DNA from: Vezdaea acicularis
Lineage: Eukaryota
NCBI GenBank assembly: GCA_026025075.1
Contig: JAPEUI010000075.1
Coordinates: 1-64,000 of the forward strand
DNA length: 64,000 nucleotides
Direction: 5' to 3'
Positions 11,155 through 21,671 of this stretch are shown here, in pieces (the stretch's first letter is position 1; each line of letters begins with the position of its first letter). The notes below the pieces were generated by a model. That model had not been told where the DNA came from. It did not search any database and saw nothing but the letters and a program-made list of their open reading frames with translations. The position numbers and the translations under genes are program-made.

Positions 11155-14100
11155 GTCGTGTCCTTCTGTCCAGCTCATTGCGAATGGCCTGCCGGCGAGC
11201 GGTTCGCCAAGATGCGTGCTCGTCCCGTCAAACGGACTGAGCCTATCGCGGCTTTGAGCTGCGAGCTGGCGCCCTGAAGTGTGGGCGGTTGAAGGGAAAC
11301 GTGTCGCGTCTTCGGATGCTGAGCTCGCCCTTCGACTGAACTGCTCTGGGGCCTTGGGGCTTTTCGTGGACGGCTGCGCAGTCGGTTCACTTAGTAGTTT
11401 AATAATTCCTCAGCCCTCTAGTTTAATACTTCTTTGGCCCTCGAGCCCTTTTTACTCATACCATACTTCATACAATTGCTCCTTGTGATGACTTTTTTGC
11501 TCGATTGCTCCGGTTCTAATGCCTAGTCTACCGCTCATATCTGCCACCGGTCGGCCAAGCCAGTCTCATGTGTTGAGACTCGGAAATGCCTAAGTCCTGC
11601 GAAAAGCATCACCAGCGACGCACCCACCCACCCCTTAATAACCTTCCCACTCTCTCAACCTCTTGACACTCGCAAGTACCGTAGGACGGATGAAGACGTG
11701 ACGATGCAAAAAGCCTATCACACTCTTGCTTTTTCGTCGTTTCCACAGACTGTGAGTCGCCTTGGCCGCGGCATGCACACGCCCGTCTCGTCTGCTTGGT
11801 GGGTGTATACGCGGGAGTCAAACGCTTTGGGTCGCTAAAAAGGTAAAAATTTCTCGTCGCTGTAAGGTCTTTGGGGGGGGGACGGGCAAGACTGAGTTTG
11901 CGTAGTGCACTTGACAAAAGATTCTTTCCATCTAACTATTTATCAATCTATTGCTGTCGTAGTGAGAGATTGGCCTATCGTCTACGCAGGCCTTAAAGCT
12001 GGCCGAACTCGCATTCAGCAGGTCAGCGTCCACGCCTCGGCAGTTCTCCGCAGCGCAGGAACCCTCCACGGCTCTATTCAAGACGACATGTCGCAGCACC
12101 GTTAGAGACGCTCTCAAACCACCCAGATCTCCGGGTCGCGATGACCATCGCCCCTCCAGCCTTAAGCCCAGTTTCCACTGTCCCTCTCTAGTGAAACCCT
12201 ACCGAGTTCTGAAGCCACATCTTTCCCCGGCCGCCAAAAGGGATACCTTGGCGATGACCACGTTTTTTTTTCGCCGCTACTGTCGCTAGGGCGAGGCGGC
12301 TGCGGTTCCTGCGTATCTGAAACGGCGATAGCGGATCGACGGTGCGCAACGCCCCGGCTATATTCGATACCACTACGGCGGGTAAAGGGTGATCGGGGAA
12401 AGAGGACAAGGAAAAGATTTTGGGCTAGATCTTAGTAGACGCGCGGGAGCAGGGGGGAGGAGAGGGGACGGCAAAGAGTTGGAGAGGCGTGAAGAATTTT
12501 ATGGCTGGTTTGTTTGGTACTTGCCTTGTCAGCGTCAGCGTTTCTTGCCGTGCTTGCGGAAGTCGTTGAAATTGTTCGAGGTTGGAGGAGCAGCACTTTG
12601 GTTGAGGGATTCGGCTTCTAAAATTGGATGCTGTATAGTATTTCGTAAGTCACATCGTCAACGGAGCGACTTGCGTTGTAGGATGGACTGCCTGGTCCTT
12701 GCCAGCCCGCCACGTGGAAGACTGTGAAACTCTCAGCCCGTTGGTCGCAAGCCGAGAAACGTTGCGAATGCGCTATTGCAGAAATGGCTGTTGCAAGCCT
12801 CGACCATTATACCGAACCTTCTGATCATTTTCTCTGCTGCCGATCAGTAACAGGCCGTCCCTCGAGTAGCGTATGGTTATGTGAAGGCTTTTTCGAAGCT
12901 GAGGTAGCGCAAGGGAAGAGGAACGGGATGGTGTTATTGGCGGGCAGCCGCTTCCGACGTTACCTCGAGAGCTTCCATGCAAGGACGACTATTGGGGGCA
13001 CCAGTCGGGAACTGCTTGTGAACAGGATCGCCTAGGACCTGTCAGACGTCTCTCGATTTTTGCGTCAGAGCGATTCCTATAGACTCGCAATCCGACGTCA
13101 GCTCTCATCGTGCAGTGGAGGACTAGACGTCCCGGGTTGACTGGACAGGGTCGCAGGATGTCTTGCAGCTTGGCGTCATCTTTAACGGCGTGGAGATGTG
13201 GAGTGGGTGCTTTGATTCGCAAGGAGCCTCCCTATCCCTTGCGCTGAACGTCCCCATCGCAGGCAGTGGGCTCGCTAGGTGGAGGCGCGAACACAGGTCG
13301 AGTTAGGCGTTTGCGCCTCTCTCTGCCGACCCTCGAATGAAAATCTATCAAGCGGACTTGTCGTTTTCCTCTTCCGCCTCACACCCGGATCCCGCTCGAG
13401 GTTCCAGAGCCGGCTCAAACGTGCTGCTCTTCAACCGACGCAGCCGTGATGGGAACGGTCGCAACGATGCCGCCGTCTTCCCTTGCGTCGCCAGCCCTTC
13501 CTTATGGGATGGCAGACCAAGAAAAGAATCCTGGGCGCGGGTGGTGGAAGGGTGAAGGGTGCGCGTGCGGAGAGCCGCTCGTACCTGCCTCATGGGAGGA
13601 TGATCAACGCCTGCCCTTCCTGGGCCCCCCGCGGTCGTCCCTTCTTTCTCTTTTTCTTTCTTCCATCACAATTTCTTGATGACGCTGTGCTCTGACGAGT
13701 TCTTTTCGGTATTCTTTTCTCGTTCCCTTCTCATCTCATTCAGCGTACGTGCGATGAGTTCGTAATTTCTCTTCGCTTTGGTCGAGTCCGGTCTGCGGTC
13801 CGTGAAGGGAGCTATCCACCACTTTGCGTCATATACCTGTCTCGGGGCACCGCCGGACGCTGCTATCGACAGGACCGATACGAGGAATACCCGGTAATAT
13901 CTTATGAGTGTAATGAGTGCTTCGAATTGGAACGATTCGAGCTGTGAGTTCCGTAGTTCTTTGGATACCCTCACGTCTTCGTTTGCTCCTCTGTAGACCT
14001 CATGTCGTAGAGCTCTCAGAGCGACTATGCTATGAGCGGGTCCTAGCATACTCCTTTCCTACTGCCACGCGCCTGATAAGCTTCGGTCCAAACGGAAGGC

Positions 14101-14327
14101 TGATTACCTGTTCGTTCGTAGTACTATAATATCCCCCAAAGCTGGACCCTGTACGAGACGTCAACGCTGTCCCGTAGCGGTTGACCAATTTTCTAAAATC
14201 TTGTCAAGATGCCGAATAGCCCAAGGCAGAAATTATATCGGTAGTAACTAAGGAGAGAACCAGAGAAACTTAACCTATTCTCATTGGTGGGGGCTCACGG
14301 TGCCTCTACCTGTCGTCCGAATTCGGC

Positions 14328-17300
14328 ATGGCGGGTTCACGAGAACATCAACAAACCCCACTACCATCTCCCCCCCAACCTCCCGCAGCGGACGCTCATC
14401 ACGATGCAGTCGTGCTAGCATATCGCCAGCAAATTGCACGCTTGCACGCTTCAGAAGCCGGTCAAAATTTGTCTGGGCGAGAAGTGAGTGAGGCAACCTT
14501 GGGTCCTCCATCTAGAGAGGCAAGCCGGCAGCAGTCGTATACTTCAAGCATCCCTCCGGTTGAACCGCTGCAAATACGGATTAGGGACGATAATCCAGGT
14601 TCAACATCAGAACCTTATGATACTCGACAATTACTACTTCAGTCTTCAGCAAGAGCCCCACTCAGAGAACCATCCTCCTTATTCGACTCAGTCCAGCTTG
14701 ATTTTCTGCGTGCACAAGCATTCCAAGAACGTGGAAAGTCCTTCAGCAGTAACAGTAATACCGAAAGTGAAGCTCGCACGAATTCAACAGCTCTCTCCAT
14801 CTCCAAATTTCCACGACCACCCTCTGGTATCACACTACAACAGCAATCTCGCGACTCCACACAATCTGAGCAGTTGCCTGCCACTGTTTACTCTCCGAGC
14901 CTGAATAGACAGCTCACCAACATTTCTCAGCAGACAGCCTTTCGTGACGAAACACCTGCAAATGGAATAGGTCCTGACTTCACCGATTTTAACGACATCA
15001 CTCCTAACAATCCTTATCACCAACCGTCAGGCGAGACAGATCTAGATCAGATGGCGTTTGCATCACCTCCAGCTAGGTTCACGCCTCGTGGCCGCTCCAA
15101 CACCCCATCTGGTGAAAGTTTTAAGAGCGGTAAAGACACTCTTCCTGCTCGTGCAATCTTCGAAGACCTGCCCACCGCCTATTCTTCCATCACAAAGTCA
15201 CCAATACTAGCGAACATTCCCTTACCTCCTGCCCCTGTGGCTGTTAGGCGGCGATCCAGCAATTTCAAGACGACACATCAGAACGTTCTTGACGAGGAAG
15301 AACCCCTGTTCGACAAGCCGGACTCGCCATCTCAGAAGCCTCCACCATCACCAACCTGGAAAGAGAAATTCAACAACATTTTCAACCGAAAGCCAGGTGC
15401 ATCTTCGACTGGAGAAGACACCAAAGAAAGTAAACCAAGCCCGGATAGAGACAGCATTTTTGTTGCAGTCCCCTCACCGGCTCGTCCTTCGACGTATCTG
15501 ACGCCTTTCAATCGTGACAGTGTTGCGAGCCAGTCGGTCCCCGCGGTATATGGGATAGAACCATGGAGAACTGAACCTACTCAGATAGTACCAGCAACCG
15601 ATCCAAACCTCAGTTACCACTACTACGACGATTCTTTCCTCTACAGAACCAGTATTGGGGGAGCACCAACTGGGTCTTTCCCTACTCTAAGTGACCAAGG
15701 ACTTGGAAATATGTGTTCGGATCTTGGACATGCGCGTGCCGACCGGCAAGAACGCCGAGAAGGAACCAGCTTTAGCCATGTCCGTTACAGTGAAGAGCAG
15801 GCCAAAGAACCCGAGCTATCTCAAGACTGCGGTCATTCATTCAAATTGCACGATCTTCCTCAAAACACTTTGTCGAAGACGGCCCTTCGGAGTACCGTTG
15901 GAAGCATCATCAAGAAATACGGGGATAGTGGTCGCACGACAAGGGTGCTAGAAGAGATCAAGGCAGCAAACGATGAACAGGAGGACTTTGTCGAAGGCAG
16001 TCAGAGGCCCAAAGCAAAGCATATGATATCTGGCTTGAGTCAGTTTGACTTCGGACTAAGTAACGCACAGGGTCAATCTCCGAAGGTTAGCCCATCACAG
16101 TCGCCTGACCTCGACCTAGCGGCCAGTAGCTCTCAAGACCCGCCTCTCAGTGTCTCTGGCCCTAGAGAACCGCCTGGAACTGCACCCCCTATAAATCTAC
16201 CTTTCGAAAATCGAAGAGTGAGTTCACTCAAGACCATGAAGTCAAGCGGCTCAGGCGAGGGTTCGTTCAATTCCTCCTATGACAATACTGGAGAACTGCT
16301 TGACTTTGGCCCACGAGAAATGTCTACAACTGTATCCGAAAGTGCTAGTGGCTCAAGGGGCACTGGTAAAGCTAGTCTTGGTGCTCTTACTGACTTGAGT
16401 GACAAAGATCTCAACGCTGGAAGTCGGCATAGCAATGGCCTGCGTCCTCCTCTGCCACGTGATCGTTCAAATTTCGGCCACGACTCGTCGAATAGCAACT
16501 CTGGGATCTCAATCGTTAGCTATGGCCGACAGTCACACCCAAGTTCTAACAATATCAGAGGCGCTGGATTAGAAAGAGAAATCAGTAGGGAGCTTAGGCG
16601 CTTTAGCGCTATGAGCGGTGCGAGCAACTTGAGCGGCCACGTCTTTGTGGTTAATGAAGAGGATGATGACTCTCACTCCGAAGACCAATATTCGGGAAAT
16701 GGAAGCTACAATAGTGACGGCAGGCAGAAAGCCGACCTGAGTCGCGGCTCTCTCAGCAACGATCCAAGCTTTGATGCTGGCGATATCGACGTGGGTGGCT
16801 CTGTTGCTGGTTCGCAACGATATACCAATTGGGACCATAGGCAAAGTAAGAATGCCTATCAGCAGGCAAGCCTTCACTCATCCGTTTCAGCCGGAAGTTC
16901 TGGAGTGTTTGATCTTGAAGAACGAGAGGAAGATATCGAAGAAGAGGCAGATGAAGGGGGTGACTGGGTCACGGTTGGCGGAAGCACCAATTTTGGGACA
17001 CGACCCCGTCTCTACCGCGATACGACTGGCAGCAGCATCGCAGATAATTCTAGCCGTGGTAGCTTGAGCCCTGAGCACCGAGATCTCGCCGGTAGTCCTG
17101 ACCGCCCAAGGCGGGGTCTACTCAGCCCTGTCGAAGAAGTCTTTCAGCATCCAGCGGATGATAGATACATACACTCTTATCGCATGCGTGATGCCACTCC
17201 AGAGGGCGATTCAATTCTTCTCCCTGCATACGACTTCAGAGGTGGGGCCGGCTTTCCCAATCGCAATGCCCTCACGCCTCCCAGGATCTCGGAATTATTT

Positions 17301-18386
17301 GCAGACAAGACATATCAGCATCCAGTCCCCCTGTCAAAGCAGCACGTTAATCCTTTCAAGTCCTCTCCACCACCTGTTGTAACTGAAAAGACGCTCTTCA
17401 ATACGCGGTCACCTCTAATCCCCCTTCAGAAAGACTTTGAAGCAAGTCCTGTCGTCAGAAGCGTCAAAGCCATGGGTCCAACTGTACCAAATGATTCCTT
17501 TTCCTCTTCAATCTGGAAAGATACATTCAATCAGCACCATGAACAGGGTGAAGCTCAGCTCCCAACTGCGGAAGGCAGCTTTGCGAAAATGACCATTCTC
17601 GGGCCAAAGATCAATATCACTGGCACTCCTGAAGGCACCGGCATGCGTCAAGTCGGTAGCAGCATTGCTGATGCAAGCAGCCCAGGACAAATGTGGAGCA
17701 GTAGCCCGTTCCGTAATGCTACTTCGCCTATTGACCGTATTGAGCCTCTAACACCTGAGTTGACCCTTATACAGATGCCTGAATCAGCCATGACTGTACG
17801 TCGTCAGGGTCCAAGCGAAGGGGACATCTCGCAACCAGATTTCCTGTACAACGAGATCCGCCGTCATAGAGAGCAGCTGGCTCAGGAGGGTTTACTCTTT
17901 GACCACATTGATCCACCTAGTGCTCGTATCAAACATTCGAGGAGTCAGACCTGGGAAACGGAAATTGATTGCCCTCGACCCCACCATCAGAACATGCCCT
18001 CTAGGGTCTTGAAGCCTATGGCTCGCCCAGTCTCTTATAACATGACTCCTCCAATTCCAAGATCTGGGGTGAGGGAGAGGACGTTCTTCGACGAGGCTCA
18101 CTTGCATCAATTCCCACATGAAGAATCCTCAGTGCACGTCTCTGCCTTCAGGCGTAAGCGGCAGCTCTCAAGGGCCGTTTTCGCTCTATGCTGCCTCTTC
18201 CCGCCACTTCTCCTCTTGTTTGGTTACGGTATGATGGACACACTAATGGTCTCCTTGAGTCATGGGGAGATATCAAGATTTGGCCATCGCGAGAAGCGTG
18301 CTGCTCTTATCGTTGGATGGAGCCTTGCAGGTTCGGCTATCTTTGGTATCGTCATTGGCATGGTTGTCATCGGCGTTCGAGGATGA
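14328..18386 (+). CDS. Ser/Pro-rich hypothetical protein (1352 aa) with two C-terminal hydrophobic helices
   Basis: Uninterrupted 4-kb ORF with a low-complexity body. Hydrophobic segments AVFALCCLFPPLLLLFGYG and LIVGWSLAGSAIFGIVIGMVVIGV at the end. Confidence 0.85.
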   Translation: MAGSREHQQTPLPSPPQPPAADAHHDAVVLAYRQQIARLHASEAGQNLSGREVSEATLGPPSREASRQQSYTSSIPPVEPLQIRIRDDNPGSTSEPYDTRQLLLQSSARAPLREPSSLFDSVQLDFLRAQAFQERGKSFSSNSNTESEARTNSTALSISKFPRPPSGITLQQQSRDSTQSEQLPATVYSPSLNRQLTNISQQTAFRDETPANGIGPDFTDFNDITPNNPYHQPSGETDLDQMAFASPPARFTPRGRSNTPSGESFKSGKDTLPARAIFEDLPTAYSSITKSPILANIPLPPAPVAVRRRSSNFKTTHQNVLDEEEPLFDKPDSPSQKPPPSPTWKEKFNNIFNRKPGASSTGEDTKESKPSPDRDSIFVAVPSPARPSTYLTPFNRDSVASQSVPAVYGIEPWRTEPTQIVPATDPNLSYHYYDDSFLYRTSIGGAPTGSFPTLSDQGLGNMCSDLGHARADRQERREGTSFSHVRYSEEQAKEPELSQDCGHSFKLHDLPQNTLSKTALRSTVGSIIKKYGDSGRTTRVLEEIKAANDEQEDFVEGSQRPKAKHMISGLSQFDFGLSNAQGQSPKVSPSQSPDLDLAASSSQDPPLSVSGPREPPGTAPPINLPFENRRVSSLKTMKSSGSGEGSFNSSYDNTGELLDFGPREMSTTVSESASGSRGTGKASLGALTDLSDKDLNAGSRHSNGLRPPLPRDRSNFGHDSSNSNSGISIVSYGRQSHPSSNNIRGAGLEREISRELRRFSAMSGASNLSGHVFVVNEEDDDSHSEDQYSGNGSYNSDGRQKADLSRGSLSNDPSFDAGDIDVGGSVAGSQRYTNWDHRQSKNAYQQASLHSSVSAGSSGVFDLEEREEDIEEEADEGGDWVTVGGSTNFGTRPRLYRDTTGSSIADNSSRGSLSPEHRDLAGSPDRPRRGLLSPVEEVFQHPADDRYIHSYRMRDATPEGDSILLPAYDFRGGAGFPNRNALTPPRISELFADKTYQHPVPLSKQHVNPFKSSPPPVVTEKTLFNTRSPLIPLQKDFEASPVVRSVKAMGPTVPNDSFSSSIWKDTFNQHHEQGEAQLPTAEGSFAKMTILGPKINITGTPEGTGMRQVGSSIADASSPGQMWSSSPFRNATSPIDRIEPLTPELTLIQMPESAMTVRRQGPSEGDISQPDFLYNEIRRHREQLAQEGLLFDHIDPPSARIKHSRSQTWETEIDCPRPHHQNMPSRVLKPMARPVSYNMTPPIPRSGVRERTFFDEAHLHQFPHEESSVHVSAFRRKRQLSRAVFALCCLFPPLLLLFGYGMMDTLMVSLSHGEISRFGHREKRAALIVGWSLAGSAIFGIVIGMVVIGVRG

Positions 18387-19031
18387 AAGTGGATCGCAAC
18401 ACGAAGCTTAATGTTTGAGAAAATCTCAATTATCCAACACTGAGGCTATCCTTTCTATCACCTTGCTACCGGCGTTCAACACAGAGCTTGAGAGCTACTG
18501 ATGTGTCCGCTCGAGTGTATGCCGAAATATTCTGGCGTTACGACGATCGACCTTAATTCAGGAAATGGACTTCCCTTCCGTCCACACGTGTTAATATTGC
18601 TTTCAGCCCTTCTATTCGACTGCCAATACTTTACACAGAGACATGATTGTTTGACAATTAGCCTCAACTCTCTCCTTTATTCGGTAATGCTCAATAGAAC
18701 GAAGCCTGTGTTTGGCAGGGTGTATTGGTTTGAGGAACGGACGGATTTGACATTTATTTTGTCATCAAGAGGACATTTGCACATTGCTTGATCTCGACTG
18801 GTATGCGGCATGGTTGGCTTTTTGTGCGCTTCATCACGGTTGGCCAAGGGTTGATAATGCATGGGGACTCTGGATCTGGTCTTGCAATGCTTTCACTAGG
18901 CCTCTCGTCATAGACTTTCTCCTGTACAAATAGTCCACAAGTTGCAAAAGAAGTTTCTGAATCTCATACGTGATGTCACGAACGTACCCATCCCGTGATC
19001 GCAGCCTGCGCTATGCCTGCACTAGGCTTGA

Positions 19032-19041
19032 GTCACGTGAC
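19032..19041. promoter_or_regulatory. Palindromic extended E-box GTCACGTGAC (Cbf1/bHLH-type site), upstream of the nitrilase gene
   Basis: Perfect 10-bp palindrome. Related (C/T)ACGTGA words lie near 18966 and 19234. Confidence 0.35.
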
Positions 19042-19531
19042 GCACCGTAGATAGGAATGCGGGGAAGCGCTGAGGCATGGCTCCCCAGCATTCAATACAC
19101 AATCCACATAGACGTATTCATTGACTGCTACTATATGCTATACTTCTCGATACCTACAGTGACCCCCCTGAGTGACGCTTGCTCTACGCCGGATACGGTT
19201 TAGTCTGCTCCCTACTCGTACGCCTACGCCTCACACGTGACACTCTCGTTGCTTTTAGACCACCTTTCGACATGATCTTCTATAACCCACTATGTTATGC
19301 GGTTCTTGATCTAGTAATGTTCTAGAACCTCGGGTGTGGCTTGCAGGGATTTCGTATCTGGTAATTGCTTCTGCGATGAACGCCGGTCCCTTATGATTTT
19401 GCCCCACTGACACATACTTTAGCGCTCCCACGTAAGGTAGGCACTCTGCCTCCACCGAAAGCCACGAAGCTTCGTTATAGATTGAGCCGCACTATCTCGT
19501 CTCTATACCTCAACCATTTATGCTTGGTAGA

Positions 19532-20543
19532 ATGACGTCACTCCTTAAAAAGCCCGTCAAGTTAGCCCTTGTCCAACTCGCAACAGGTCTGCCACGAGCT
19601 CCCTAATGCCCAATGCCTATTCTCTATTAGAAAGTGCCTATCTGACACTCGGACAGGTCCCGACAAAGCCCAAAACCTCACACGCGCTCGTCTGCGCGTT
19701 CTTGAAGCCTCAAAGGCGGGCGCAAAGATCATCGTCCTTCCTGAATGCTTTAACTCACCTTACGGCACGAACCACTTCCCTAAATACGCCGAGACCCTCT
19801 TACCCTCCCCGCCTACCCCCACCCAGTCCCCAACCTTCCATGCCCTCTCGACTCTCGCAAGGGAAAGCGGCGCCTATCTTGTCGGCGGCAGCATTCCCGA
19901 AGTCGAGGACGTCGGCGATGATGCCCCCTCAAACGCCACCGAAGAGGACCAGGAAGGCAGGAAGAAAACCTACTATAACACCTCCCTAACCTTCAGCCCC
20001 AGCGGCGCCTTACTAGCTACTCACAGAAAAGTTCACCTCTTCGACATTGACATCCCTGGCAAGATCAAGTTTACGGAGTCGGAGATCCTCTCTCCAGGAA
20101 ACAAAGTCACTCTGCTCGACCTGCCCGAATACGGCACCATCAGCGTTATGGTCTGCTACGACATCCGCTTTCCGGAGCTGTCTGCTATTGCAGCGCGTAA
20201 GGGCGCGTTCCTGTTGCTCTCTCCGGGCGCGTTCAACCTCACCACCGGCCCTCTACATTGGGAGTTGTTGGCCCGTGCGAGAGCCGTGGACAATCAGGTC
20301 TATGTTGCGGTCTGTAGTCCGGCGAGGGATATGCAGGCGGATTATCATGCGTGGGGGCATAGCATGGTGGTGGACCCGCATGCGAAGGTGGTTAGTCAGG
20401 CGGGAGAAGGGGAGGAAATCGTGTATGCGGAGTTGAGGGGCGAGGTGATTGAGGAGGCGAGGAAGGGCATTCCCGTCACCTCGCAGAGGAGGTTCGATGT
20501 GTATGAGGATGTGAGTAAAGAGGGTTGGAGGGGGAATAAGTAG
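19532..20543 (+). CDS. NIT3: Nitrilase-superfamily omega-amidase (NIT2/Nit3-like)
   Basis: Exon 1 MTSLLKKPVKLALVQLAT, intron 19587-19656. Catalytic triad motifs LPECFNSPY (E), HRKVHLFDID (K) and VCYDIRFPE (C). An alternative in-frame ATG lies at 19520. Confidence 0.92.
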
Positions 20544-20731
20544 GATGCTTGTGTGAATAGTAGGATGTAGATATGGGCTTATAGGTATCCTAACTTTAGA
20601 CGCACATACTCAAAATTCCAGGGGATTCAATCCAATCTAAGTCCAAGTGCGAGTGGAGCACGGCATAAGGTCGGACCAATGTAATTGCCAATACTTGTAC
20701 GCCATAAGCTATCACGAAGTGATAGACTCAC

Positions 20732-21671
20732 TCAATACCTCCGCCGACGATCATAGTCACGATCCCTGTCTCGATCTCGGTAGTTATCTCGTCTTTGATC
20801 ATGATACTTCCTATCCGCATCGGAGCGGTGGTTGCGACGATCATCATATTGTCGCTGGTCTCTCCTAGGGCTCCTGCTGCGCGAACGGCGCCTCGACGAA
20901 GGTTTGTAATGCTCTTCCTCTTCATCACGTTTTTTGGGTGCTTCTTTGTCTATGACCATGCCATAACCGCGTAAAGTGCCCTCAGCACTCTCATCCACGG
21001 CCTTGTACTGCCGCTTCTTCTCCAGTCCTGAAATTCCCCCGAAGCCGCCACCTTGCTTGGCACGCTTCGAGTTCGTCGCCGTTCGCCACGTATCTGAGAG
21101 CTTCGAGACCTGTTTCCTGCGTTAGACGAACCTTTGCGTCGTGACATGGCCACGTAGACTTACACTCTGAGAAAAATCGACATGTATCCGGTGATCATCG
21201 ATCAAGACACCATGCATTTTGAAGTATGCCTGCTCGCAGTCCTTCTGGTTCTCGAACTCGATGAACGCATATTGCAGACTATCTCCAGTACGCTTGTCGC
21301 GGATGATTTCGCATGACAGGATTTCTCCAAATCGGCTAAAGATTGTCCGCAGGTCCTCATCTATGGGTAGTATCTGTTAGGGTCATCCCTGTCATACCGA
21401 TCGAGATACACTCAAAGACAGATTTCTGACCTTCAGTGACGGGATTAAGTTTACAGACGAACAGTATGTTTTCCGGGGGCTTGACTTCAGCGTAAGGCAG
21501 GTCGCCGACTATCTCGAGCGTGAGTGCTTGGGCGCGGGCCTCTGCCTCTCGCCTGAGCTTCTCCTTGGCCTCCTCCGTCTCATCGTTGGAACCCTCGTCC
21601 GGCCCCTGATCAGGTGGTGCTGCATCATCCTCTGTCACAGCTTCCGGAGGCTGTTGTGCTATCTCTGTCAT
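20732..21671 (-). CDS. PPIL4/Rct1/Cyp6-type RRM plus RS/RD-rich protein, with no cyclophilin domain detected (271 aa)
   Basis: Exons 21671-21431, 21360-21164 and 21109-20732 (816 nt). [82 protein letters not shown] is the PPIL4 RRM signature. Confidence 0.9.

Noticed and set aside
10679..11488. ORFs of 70-136 aa across the repeat series
   Set aside because: They are translations of minisatellites and the pyrimidine tract.
19255..19412. Superficial resemblance to U3 snoRNA (GAC, GATC-TTCTATA, GCGATGA, CTGA)
   Set aside because: It lacks the GGAUCA box A pairing to the 18S 5' end and has no box B or C'.
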